From Pelomyxa schiedti (taxonomy: Eukaryota > Protista > Evosea), in the NCBI GenBank assembly GCA_020536535.1, contig JAHLWZ010000099.1, positions 1-61,705 of the forward strand: a stretch of 61,705 bases of DNA, in the 5' to 3' direction. Shown here piece by piece: positions 49,201-61,480 of the stretch. The notes under the pieces were generated by a model that was given only the letters and a program-made list of their open reading frames with translations, was not told the origin of the DNA and ran no database searches. A program made the position numbers and the translations under genes. Every line of letters starts with the position of its first letter. Positions within the stretch are counted from its first letter, which is position 1.

Positions 49201-52200
49201 TGCAGATTGCAGGTGAGTACCATGTGTACAACGTTGTTGTGTGCATATATGAGTATGCTTTAGTGGTCTCAAGGCAAAAGTGCCTGTTGAAGCAGAACGC
49301 CAAAACAATGTAGGAACTCTTTTGCATGTAAAGGGTTTTTTTTGGAATACGGGATTTCAAGGAAATAAAGAATAACCTCTCTGTTTCGTCACAAGTCAAA
49401 AAAGAAACTGGAATAGTGGCTCTTCGTGGAAAGATTGTGGAGTCAACTCGACTTAGCATCCGTTGAGTCTGAACAAATATGTGAAAAAAAAAGTTTCTAA
49501 AAACAATGTACATCTGCCAGAGAAAAATCTGAAGAACATCCCATCCGTTTAAATTCTTTCTCAGGAATAAATCCAGTTTGTGCTCGGTCTGTGTAATCAT
49601 ACAATTCTCTGAGGACTCATTGAGAAAATACTAACACAGAGAAAATATCTACTTATTGGCAAAAGGAAATTCCCTTGCCCGTAAACCTACTCTGAGATTT
49701 TCTATGAACCTAATTGTGTGAAATTATTGAATTACTGAAAGGGAATACCTGGATATATCTTGTGCACATTGAAAAAAAAATATCAAGGAAGAAAATGTTC
49801 GTCCAATTAATTTGACCACAGGAATTGCATCACGGGCCATTTCTGATGCCATACCTAAAGTAGGTCAGTGTAGTTGACTTGACTGCTCTAACCTTTAGGA
49901 AGAATGACTCGGTTGACATTGCCAAAGGGCATATCAACTTCGACTTCCTAGGAAGATAAGTATGCACTGTGTAACATATTTAACCTTGGAATCTAGGTGA
50001 ATAAACATGATGCGCCAATTGGATAGTACAAGCTTTCCGATAGCCCATTCACTCTTGTTGGGCTGTGGTGAAGTACTGGAGTTGAATACTGAGCCAAAAA
50101 ACCAATGGACCTTGGAAAATGTGACTTAAAGAAGGTTGAGGAAGAAATTGCCTTGTCAAATACTGAGAAAATAACTTCACCATAAAGCAACGTACGAGGA
50201 ATACAATGACAATAATTGCATGTGACATTCTGTTGACAATAGTCAAATGAATGTATACAAAAAAAAATGTACCTCAACAAGTTTGTGGTTTGTGACCATA
50301 AGTCTGAGTGTAGTGGAGAACAAGGCAGCCTGGTCCTCATCTGAGGGCCGGAACATGCACTCACTTAAGACATCACATACAGATTCCAGCTTATTACACG
50401 GTGAGTTCTCTTTGCAACACAGCTCACGCAAAAAATCCAGTATAGAGTGAATAACCGCTGTAAAAAAAGTTGTTATGGCTAGAACTACCAAAAGGTGACA
50501 AACCATAATGCACTTTAGATTGGTATCGAAAACATTGCATAAAATCCTCATAGATCAGCTTGGGATACTCAGGAGGAGGGCTCTCCATGTGGTACCAGTT
50601 GCTGACTGGCACCAGGAAAATTGAGTAAAGTTTGAAGGTTGAGAAAACTGTACCACGTGCTGTCAGGGAAAGAAAAAGTTCTGAGGACGGTGTAAGATCG
50701 GGTATTGATCTTAAATATAGTTTTAAGAAAGTTCCAATGGTATGAGGGCTGTGGTCCCCCTGAAAGTAATCCAAAACAGAGCCGGATTCCCAAAAATCTT
50801 GTTTTTATATTGAGAAAATTCACAACCACTTTGAGCACTTGTCATTATTATTTATTCACACTCAAACTTCCTTTCAGCAATTCCCTCCTGGATTTGAAGA
50901 GAAGAAAACCTATAAGAGCTAAAACAAGGTATAACTCATTCTGAGGCAAACTCTTTCCAGTTATTGCCTCCTCTGTGAGAGAATAAGGACTGGTGGGCTG
51001 ATGAGATAGGAAAAGTGAAAACCAGCAATTTCATCTAATTTGGCGAGTTCTTTGATGAAGACTCTCACATGGTTTTCATTGTCGATTAATGCATTCAAAT
51101 CATCTTCATTTAGCAAGTCCAATTTAGGTCCACTTGCAGAGTTGATGTTAACATTTAACTTGTGGCAATGTGAGAAAGTACTTTATCCGTGCCTTGCTAA
51201 ATCGCCGTTTATAGTCCCCCAAGCCAATATTTTCCAGCCAACCCACAACATGCCTAGTGCTCCAGTTGCGGTAATACACTGTGAAACTTGAGTTAGTGGT
51301 TAGGGGTGAGTACACACACAAGTAACAAGTTTATGGTTTAAAAATCTCAAGGTACGATCCAACACAAATGGGACATGAGATAACGTGAGTTGCTCTTGTT
51401 TTAGAGTCTCAAGGGGAACACCAAAAAATCTGACAGGGCGATGGTACAGGTCTATAAAAATATAAGGTACAAAACATGGAAAGAAATAGACCTTTTATCA
51501 CGCCTTGAGTTTTTCGTACAAGGAATATGGGGTGCCCAGGTGTAACCCTCCCGGGAGAGTTACTATTGGGGTGATATGATAAGGCTGAACTGATGGGAGG
51601 TGATGCGGTAATAGATGGACTTTGAGGCATGTTGTTTGTGGAGTTTATGTTTGTTGGTGTTATGAATGCAGGGCAAGGAGGAGGAGGTGTGGACCCCAAA
51701 AGGGGACTACATCCCGGGCTGCGATTTTGATTTTGGCCCATGAGTGGTGTGGAAATGGTGGGTGATGTACAAATTGTAGTGGAAAGGTTATAATTAGGTG
51801 AAGTAGGATTACTAAAAATACAACAAGGTGCACTCGCATGTAAAGGGGCCGCTATATTTGGTGATCCCTTTATCTTCACAATGAGAATAGGTAAGAGGGC
51901 CCATACACGGGAAATAGGTGAACAAAAGAAAGAAGGGAAGTAAAAAAAAAAAAAAAAACTCAACACACCGACTTACTGCTACTAGACTGCTTCCCAGGTG
52001 ACCTCAGCAACCCCTTGTGTGCGTATATCTCCTCATAGCCCTGCTGCGGGAATTGAGTCCTGAACACAGTGAACCCCCCAGGGGAGCTTGCACCTCCCCC
52101 ACCACCACCGCCGCCGCCGCCGCCGCCAACAAAGTCCTGGGGCCCTGGCTTGGTGATTACAGTAGTACTAGCACTATACAGCGAGCCAGTCAGCCCCGGG

Positions 52201-52898
52201 CTCCACAGGCCCCCGCCCTGCGTAGGTGGCGACGAGGCGCACGACGACGGCAGCGAGGTGCTGGACGACTTGCGGTGCGTGTTGGTGGGGGGGCCGCCTC
52301 CGCCTCCCCCTCCGCCGCCCGGTCCCGCGGCCCCTCCCCCTCCCGCGCCGTCCGGGGCCGCGTCGCCCGTCGGTATGTGCGGGTGCGAGTGCGTGCGGGC
52401 CTGCAGCCGCCGGGTCCTGGTTCGCTCGTCCTCGGTGGCGCCGGGGGGGTGGTGTGGAGGGGTGGCCGCGGCCGTGCCCGTGCCCGTGCCTGGGCCGTAA
52501 GCAAGGGAGGAGTCGGGCGCCGTGGGCGTGTCCGCAGCCGACGCGGGGTCGGGGTCGTTGAGGTGCACTGTGAGGCTGGGCCCCGGCCTGTTGCTGCTGC
52601 TGTTTCCGCTGATCGTGTGGTGGTGCTGCCTCGAGGGGGGTGCCTCCCCGGCACCGCTTGCGCCCGCCGACGACGCGTGGCGGTGGTGGTGTCGCTGCTG
52701 CAGCGGGATCTGCTGCTGCTGCTGTTGCTGGTGGGGGGGCTGCGGATGGAGCTGGAGCGGGGGCGGAACTCTGAGGAGCTCCACCTTGCATAGTGTCTCG
52801 GTGGAGATGAACGGGGATGATGTCGATGATGAGGAGGTTGCTGCTGGTGTTGATGATGAGGCTGATGATGTTGTTGCTGATGATGATGAGGAGGCCAT
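43211..52898 (-). CDS. Roco protein kinase: RhoGAP-like (SAM insert) - GRAM/myotubularin-like - LRR - ROC - COR - TKL kinase (Pats1-like)
   Basis: 'FFGVPLE', SAM 'WSTRHVVGWLENIGLGDY', myotubularin 'DPFYRTIRG..LIEKEW..G..F', many LRRs, ROC 'GRENVGKT' and 'WDFAGQ..THQFF', COR 'IITDPGWL', kinase 'HRDLKSPN', 'DFG', 'WVAPE'. Confidence 0.9.
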
Positions 52899-53111
52899 GT
52901 GCGAGGAGGGAACCTGCCTGGCCGATCGGGTGCACCACTTGCACGTGAACCTTTGTTTTTACGCTTTTACTGGAAACGCATCAATCTGTTACTTTGGTGT
53001 TGCAAACAAAGGAAGTGACTTGTTGCGTGTTATTGATTGTGTTGGTTGTCAACAAGCAGGAAGAAAAAGAAGCGAATAACGTGAGTGTGCTTTGATTTGA
53101 CTGATTTCAAT

Positions 53112-55330
53112 TCATTCCGTGGACTTTGGGGGCAGAACCTTCTCACAGATGAACTTGCCGTAGTCTTGAAAGGGTACATTGAGCCGGAGAGCCTCTTCAA
53201 ATAGGTCATGCACACTGGGGAACCCAACGAGGTGCTTGCTCTGGGACATCACGTTCATCTTAACACTTAGCAGGGTGGCTGAGAAACACCTATCAGTGGT
53301 GAGTGTGGTACTGGGAACTGGAGGAAGGGGATCAACACACTGCTTTTTCAAATCAATTATATCTTTCGAGATGGTGGCCTCTCTTTGTTTGGCTTGCTCT
53401 TGCTCGGTCCTGAGAAGAAGTCGCGTGGCGTTGTGCCCATGTACTTCAGCATCCAGCTGTTCTTGTAACTGTTCTATGGAAGACTCCAGTTTATTAATGT
53501 GGTCACTTTCAGATGTCTTTGCAGCAAAGGGTGCCACTCCTTGTTGTGAAGCAGCTAATTGAGCTCTAAGACATGTATTCTGCTCCCTAAGCTGTTTTAT
53601 CTCCTGTTGCTGTGCAGCTAACTGTTCTTTGATTTGTTTCATGAAGGAATCTACAAGGGCAGGCATTGGATAAGACGGGTAATTCTGCAGTGGCGTAGTT
53701 TGTGCTGACTGTGGTTGGGGTGTGGTTTGTGCGGGTAATTCTGGTGTAATGAGAGGGTCGTTGTCAATCAAGGTTGTACTGGTGTTGTACCCGATTGTGG
53801 TATTAGATTCTTCTGGATTATCCACTTGAATCTCCGCAGGATTCGAAGTGGATAAATTTGGTTGTGTGCGGACATCTGCCTTTGTTTTGTTTAACATTTT
53901 AATTTACTTTTGGTCTGTTATGTACCTCCGGGACAATGGCTTCCGCGAGAGGGACTGAAAGACATGACTTCACGGCATCCATTGTCTCAGCAATATCTCG
54001 AAACTGGTCAGAAGGATCTGCACATGTAGTGGAAGCCGTCTTAGTTTGATGTTCTAATTCAGATACCTAGTTTGTTTGTTTATTTGTTTATTTGTGCTTG
54101 CTTCGTGATGTGATGAAGAAATACAACCAACTTTTTTTTGCAGTGTATCAATCATAGCAAGTAATTGAACTCTCTCCTCCTCCTGTTTTTTAACCAGCAT
54201 GGCAAACATGTTTTGTCTTGTTTTGTGTTCTCGGAGCACTGTGCCACCTTCACCAGAAGTAGGTTCTTTTTTTGGTGTGGAATAAGGCCAAAGTGAAAAG
54301 AACTGTTATATGTTATTGGAAATTTGGAGGACTGAAAATTACTTGAAATTTATTCTGTGAAGGTGAAGGTGCAGAGGATATAGGGGTAGTTGGAGGGCTG
54401 GATGACGATATAACAGTGAATTCGGTGAGTTCCTCTGCGATTGGGGGATTGTTAAGGGCCAAATATTCCTCAGGTACAACGGGTTCCTGATAAATGTGGG
54501 TTTATCTCGGTTTATTTAATTCTTGGAAGCATACAGGAAAGATTTCCATGTAGTGGTGTATTAGGGTCACAACAAGTTCACATTGAAGCTGCAGAGGATT
54601 GGTTATTGTGTACCAGGATTCCTTTATTTGAGACCTTGTTGTATTGGAGAGATAAACTTAAATCGATTTCTTCAGCATTGAACATTATCGTAGGCCCAAA
54701 AACAACCCCTAAATTTGCTGAGTCCATTTTGTTCTGTTCTGCATGCTCTGCAACATGGTACAGAAGATCAAAAAGGCAGTGGAGGAGCAGGCGATTGACA
54801 GTAGGGAGTTCTGACACCGCCTGCTTCAGAAGAGAGATATTTCCATCCTCTTTTGGAAGTATTTTTTCAGCTCAACTACAGCAAGAAGGAGTATGCACAC
54901 TTTGAGCAGAAATGAATTTATGGTACAGTGGCTGTGGGATCAAGGGCTCTACATTGTTCCTTATGTAGTATTTGATTATGCCTGCAATATTGTGTACATC
55001 CATTCGCGACACATTATCTGTGCTTGAGCCTTTTATTTTACTGTTGTTTAGAGGTGCATTTGGCATAGTGTGGCATACATTCAGAAAAGTTTTTACAAAT
55101 TCCCTTGATGAGGCCCTGGTCCCCACTCACTCTAAATATACCCTCCGTTTCCAGACCTCCACATTGCATTAAAGAAAGGAGGCGTGAAAGGTACAACCTC
55201 GTTCCAACAGAATTAAACAAAGTTTGTAAAACACTGCCGGTATGATAATCACCTTCTCTTGCAACGGGGCAACAGGAGTCGCTGCAACAGCGGCCGTACT
55301 CGTACCACCAGATCTCAGCCACTCGAGCAT
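53112..55330 (-). CDS. RhoGAP domain protein with C-terminal coiled coils
   Basis: ATG at 55330; 'GLETEGIFRVSG' (Arg finger), 'DVHNIAGIIKYYIR..EPLIP', 'NKMDSANLGVVFGPTI'. Confidence 0.9.
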
Positions 55331-55512
55331 CGCTTCACCGTCCGAGAGGTTTTCTTTTATTATAATATTGTCATTTATTTATCTTGCGATCAAAATCAGC
55401 CAACCAGATCAGCAAATTTAAAAAAACCAAAAAGTGGCGGGGAGCCACTCTTTCGAGTGACACCCGTTTTTTTTTCCCTTTATTATTCTGCTACTGTCAT
55501 AGTTTATACAAG

Positions 55513-58500
55513 TTAGGTGAATTGGTGCTGGGTAACAATGGCCTTGAGATCTTGGAAATCTCTCTGTGTGTAGTAATGTCAGATACCCAGAAGAAGGAAA
55601 AGAGAGAACTCACCACTAGTTTAGCGTGTGCAGTTGGGGAGTCTTGTAGAGTAGGTAACAGCCTGTCCATAGCAGCCATCTTGTCTGCAATACTTCGTAT
55701 CTTGTTTGATTTGTAAGAAAGCGGAGTTGGATCTTGGTGGCTAATGTACCAGTACAGACATGAAGACTGGATAGTCCTCGGCCGCAAGGCTGGAATGTGT
55801 GGCGTCTGGTGAGCCCGTTGCTGAAGGTTTCTAAATTCAGATGTTTTTAGGATTCGGTGAAGGGGAATCGGAGATAGAAACCGAAATTTCCTCCAGAAAG
55901 TGCTCCATAGGTTCGCGGAGTGAGTGAATTTGAGGTAATATGTGTTCCATTGTAGGCTCATGAGCAACATCCCTGGTGGTTGTTGTTGGCTTCCCCCGTA
56001 CCCGTTGAAAAGATTCAGACACACTGTTGTTTGGAAGGATTGGCCAAGCTTTGAATAATCTTTGTCACCAGGATGAGGACTCGTCGAGTCTCTGGGCCTA
56101 CATCACCTATGGATGGATGAGAATGGGGTACAAATAGGTACTTCTTCCAATCGAGGAAAACCTGATATTATCGCCCATTGTTCAGGGAACATGACTAGAA
56201 ATAGAGTCAAAATATTTTACTTGAGAAAGGAGAAAATACCTGCTGGACAGATGTATCTTAGAAAGAAAATAGCAACGGAAATGGCAGGAGTAAATTCGGG
56301 GTGGCCAATTGTGGAAGCAAATTGGCACATGGTGCTGATTATATCACGAAAATTTCTGAAAGTTCGTCAGCAAATCATAATCACTAACAAGTCATACAAA
56401 GGGATGAGATTCACAGAGCCGAAAATTGACTTCACCAGTTTCGTGGATATCTCGACTAGAGTTGCTGCATTCACGATAACTTCTTCAGGTCTTGGGTGTA
56501 TATTTTACTTGAGCAAAAAAAGTGAAGTCGACCCAGTTCCAAACATACGTTGCTTTGTCAGGATCAACTTCAAAGTTATGCGGGTCACTGTGAAGTAACA
56601 CTTCTAAATGTGGCTTAAGGACTTGAAAGAGATATTGATGTCCTATGAGCTTGGCATATTGTGTGCAAAATTTCGTTGCGATGGTGTCTGCTCGCAAAAC
56701 GACAGTGGATCCGGCTGAGTAATGTTAGATATGAACAGGTTGATGGAGCTTACTTTTTAATATCCGTACTATTTCTCTTGACAGTAAATTAACCACAAGA
56801 GGTCTGGCCAATAAGCTTCGATTGAATAGGCGAACTGTAGAAAGAGCAAAGTTCTCATCGCATTTATTTTCCAGGCAAGAGCACAAAAGAAGAAGCAGAT
56901 TTCCATCTTCAGTTATGATTAACTGTTTTCCACTGTTAGCAAAAACAAGTTGCCAAAACTGAAGGTGGAATTTACCGATTGAAGTTTATCATAATGCAGT
57001 CGAGCTATTCTCATATCTTCATTGCGTTCCAAAGAAGAGATCAATTTACAGGAGATTTCCAAGGAGCCAGAAGCTTTTGTGGCCATGTCAGTTTGAAGAG
57101 GAAGAGACTGTGTGCTGTTGGGAGTCAATAAGTATCTGCAAGAAAAGAGAAAACAAAATACCTGAAATCAAACATCTCGGACATGGGGATGTCAAGTTCT
57201 CCAATGACTTCATCTTTTTTCAGTTTGTGATGCCCGAATACTTGTATTACTAATGAAGTGGCACTTCCAGATACTTCTCTGTTGTTGGTTAAAAAAAGTT
57301 TTTCCCTCAAGTAAGACAAAGTACTGACATTTCAAATGCTTGGTCCCTTCAAAAAAGTGAGAACAAACACTAAAACTTAAAAATTAACAGTACCAAGTAG
57401 GATTGAGGCCCATTTCGCACTCAGTTCTATAGTTCTTTTTTTTAGCTTTTGGCATCGCATCATACTGGGGGTCAATAACTTTTACAGTACAAAATGATGT
57501 GAGTTCCTTTCCTTTTCTGCCTCTTATATTTGTTCCGGAGAGTACTTTTTTGTTGTTCAAGGTTATTGGTTTTTCTGTAATGAATGGCAAGTACTTTTGA
57601 CAGTCAGGAGTCCGGTCTTGAATACTGTGAGGTAATCAGCCAACGTGCGCATAGTCGGATTTTTGTGGGAAGAATACAAGAGCCTTTCCCGTGAACCTGA
57701 CTTGTGGGAACTAGTAATGGGTACTGGCGCAGGTGCAGGTGCAGAACGAGGACTGTTGTGAGGCAGATAATTTGAATTCACAGGAGCCGGAGCCGGATGA
57801 GATGGAGGTGGTGGAAGATTCATGCGAGTGATTGGGTGCACAAGGCTTGGTATCTGGGGTGACTGTCTGGAACTCATAAGTGAGGAGCCTGTAGAGGAGA
57901 ATGTGGACGAGGATGAGGATGTGGAGGACGAAGATGAGCGAAGTGTATCTGGGGACTCCGAATTACTTTCACTGGAGCCGGAATCCCGCAGAGAGTGAAA
58001 GCTTACGCCTGGGGATGTACTGCCAGACCTCTCTGGCGATTCCACCCACCCAATGAGGTCAGATGATGGCTTACGGTAGTTGATGAGTGGAGCGTGCTTT
58101 GTGGGTTTTTGGGGATTTGTGGAATTCGGAGTGGAACTGGCTGCGACGGTGGCAGATGCCGTCCAGTCAAGCCGGCTTCCATCAACCCCAGCGCCACCAA
58201 TAGTCATTCCTTCATATTCAGAGTCACCGCTTCCTCCCCCTACACCGCCTACGGACCCTCCTGGCCCACTTCCCATAACTCCACTGTAGGGTTCCTCGTC
58301 ATCACTGACTTCATCATCCCCATTGTCTATCCAACCAGGAGTGACCGATCCAGATTGGAATACCTTCTCATCATATTGCTGAGCAGACCTGAAGCTCTTC
58401 TCTTCCAAACCAGGAGATACAGTTGCACTTCTCTGAGGCACAGAACTGCTCAACAACAACGCATTTGAAGACCTCGACTTTGTCGCGGGAGTGATTCTCA

Positions 58501-59107
58501 TGAACCCCCCGGTAGTGGATCCCGGTCCCATAACCGCACTGAGGCCAGGCGACGGCGACATAAACGGCGACGTGGACTTTGGGAACGCCGAGCCAGACAC
58601 CAGGGACTGAGAACAATAAGAAGACGAAGAAGTCACAAGCCCAGGGCTTGGGCTGAGGCCCGGGCTCGGCGGCATCGTCATCGGCATCGTCGGCATCCCT
58701 CCCCCGTGAGACGACGACGAGTGCGAGCTCGTGGGGGCGGCGGGGGTCCAGCCCGAGGCCTGGGCCGACATGGCCCGAGGCGGGATGGCGGTGGGGGAGC
58801 TAGGGGGCGCGTTGTGGGCGGCGGCGGAGGACTGGGACGGCGACGGGGAGGAGAAGTAGGCGGAGGGGGAGTAGGAGTGCGAGGAGTGGGAGTAGGTGAA
58901 GGCGGAGGGCGGCGGGGTGGTGCTCTGGAAGGGGAGGGGCAGCGGCGGGGTCGCCGTGGGCGAGGGCGAGTAGAAGTGGCCCACGCACGGGGACGTGGAG
59001 GCTGACCTCTGGACCGAGGCGCCCACCCCGTGCGTGGAAGAGGAAGATGGAGTGCTGGGTTGTTGCTCCACTGTTGTGCTTGTGCTTCGCTGCAGCAGCT
59101 TCTTCAT
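55513..59107 (-). CDS. C2-domain RasGAP
   Basis: S/P-rich first exon; C2 'LNPTW', 'DEVIG'; RasGAP 'VFRADTIATK', 'FEVDP', 'FFLRYICPA', 'KIIQSLAN'; last exon RDFQDLKAIVTQHQFT* (TAA at 55513). Confidence 0.88.
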
Positions 59108-59605
59108 GGTGATGTGGGTTGTTTTTTTTTTTTTTTTGAGGCGTACTGGTTGTCCTCGGTGTGGGCGATTATTAAGGGCGATTTTTTTTTCGCGTGTGTA
59201 TGTTTTTGTGGTGCTGTGGTGCTTGTCCTCGCCCTTGTTAACTTTGTTTCAAAAGGGGAGATTTTCCTTCGATTTTCCCTGTGCCTCGGAACCGCGGTCC
59301 CTTTTTAGGAACCACAGGAAAAATCTGCCTTTTTTTGCTGCCGTTGGCCTCTCCGGCGTTGTTGAAACGTAAAAAAATTGGAAGAAAAGTGTTCCCTACC
59401 TTCCTAAGAAATCCAGTTTTGCACCAACCGTGATTTTTTCGATTCGCCCTATTGATGCGACCAAAGGAGCAGGCAAGGAAGTGGAAGATTGGTCCAATCC
59501 AAAAAACAAGGTGCGCTTTGATGTTCCAGAACAACAAACGTGAGAAATAGAAATAGCCCTTTGAGAAATTAGGGATTTTGTTGTGGGTTGTTTGTTATGT
59601 GTACC

Positions 59606-61480
59606 TTAACTGATTGAGCACTTATTGTGGGGGATAACCAGCGAACCGGGGTGCATCGTAACAAAGTTGAAGGCAGTTCTGGCTGCTTGAATTATCAGTT
59701 CCTCTACATTGTGATTTGTTTTACTGCTGGTCTCGATGTACTGTAGACAAGGAAGTATTCAATGAAACGTTGAGAGTATTAACACACACCGGCATGTAAT
59801 AAGATTTTGCGAACTCAATTCCAGCAGCCGTGGTGATTTTCCTTTCTGAAATGAGATCGCACTTACAAGCACATAACACCATTGGGATAATAGTAGCATC
59901 GCGAACGAGTTGAAGGTGGTCTATTATATCTTTCAAGTACAGTAGTGTTAAGGCAGTTGTGACACTATAGCAGAGTATAAACACATTGCCTGTCTGTAAG
60001 AAGTGAGAGAGCAGGGGGGGGTGGGGGCGTGGGGCTCTCACTTGCATGTAGAGGTCTGACATGGCAGCAAACTGTTCTGTTGAACCTATATCGTAGAGCT
60101 CCAATTGGAAAAGGCGTCCTTCAATCTAGAGGAGTTAGGAAACAGTATAAACAAATGCTATCAACTTCAATCTTATTTCTGTGGTCATGATCCCCAATTG
60201 CAGGGTTATACACCTACTTTACTGATCAGTATGGGCACAGTAAGAAGGAATGTACTATGGGAAAGCACTAAAGCAGAGTGAGTTACATTGGTCTAATTTA
60301 GGCGTACATCGTATGAGAAGCGTGTTGCTAAAGAGGACTTTCCCACACCAGGAGCTCCAAGTAAATCCACCTTCACACAGGAAGTAATTTGGGCTGTAGG
60401 CAATGGCAGGTTCTTGAAAGGTAACCATTTACAGCCAGGTGAAATATAACTTAAGAGTAGGGAACGCAGTTGTTCTGATGCTAAGGTTGAAGGAAGAGTG
60501 AGCTGGTGAATTTCACTAATTCGGTATAAAACTGCTTCTTGTTTGCTCCAATGCCGAAATCTACTGTTCACCTTTTTTTATTTTATTTTTGTGGGTTTCC
60601 GGTGAAACTGTGGTGTACCTGTGAAAGGGAAAGAACAATATCCTTCAGACCAAGATGATTCATAATATTCATTAAAACAATATCTGGAAGCAGTGACAAG
60701 AAATCAGTGTGAGAACTAGGATCTGTGGAAGGACTGGACATGAAAACACAACGCCAGAACTTGTGCTTAAGGGTTTCATCAGGTGAAGAAATTCCCCCTA
60801 CAACTAAAAATCTGGATTGAAAGTTGGCACAAGGAATAAAGAGAGAACGATACTGTTGCTTCCAGTGCACTAAGAAGTGAAAATAAAGATCAAAAACCTC
60901 TCCCTCACACTCGACTCCTGTTTTAAAGGTCTTTATTGCATCAACTCAAATTCTACACACTTTCCCATTCCTTCGTGTTAATGTCAAAGATCTGGGTATT
61001 GTGGCAGGGTTGGTTCTTTGAAGATATGAATCCGCCGGAAACTAGTACAAGAGAATCAGAACACGAAGATGCCACATGGCCAAAGACTGGCAAGTGAGAT
61101 GAAAGTGTTGGTAACAACTCCAATGACAAGTTCTCCATATTTATTGCATAGCAGGGACTACTAAAGTGTTCCGTTTTTCAAAAGATGCATTATTCATACC
61201 TTCTGCATTCTGGATTAATTGTTGTCTGACCCTCGAGAATATACACAATTTCCCCAAAAGGAACCAAGGTATGGAAGTAAGGTAATACAGTGAGATTATG
61301 CCGTAAGACTTTTCTTTTCCACTTCTTAGCAATAAAGTTATATTGCCATAACTCATCCCCAGAACTTGTTTCACAAAATCCTCCATGGATGAACATGCTC
61401 TCTTTGTACACAAAGCTGCAATGTCCAAACCTTGGCTGAGGTGCAGTTGACTTAGAAAGCACACGGAACCAAGAATGATC
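59606..61480 (-). CDS. Kelch-repeat / F-box / Ras-family (Rap-like) fusion protein, 5' end lost to a chimeric junction
   Basis: Kelch 'PRFGHCS..MFIHGG..LWQYN..W', F-box 'LSLLPDIVLMNIMNHL..KDIVLSLSQVNSRFR', GTPase 'GAPGVGKS', 'DIGSTEQF', 'CKCD', 'ETSSK', CaaX-like CSIS*. Exons join in frame. Confidence 0.85.

Noticed and set aside
53112-59107. Single RasGAP-RhoGAP dual-GAP fusion
   Set aside because: The last RasGAP exon ends in TAA at 55513 and a separate ATG at 55330 opens the RhoGAP, so these are two tandem genes.
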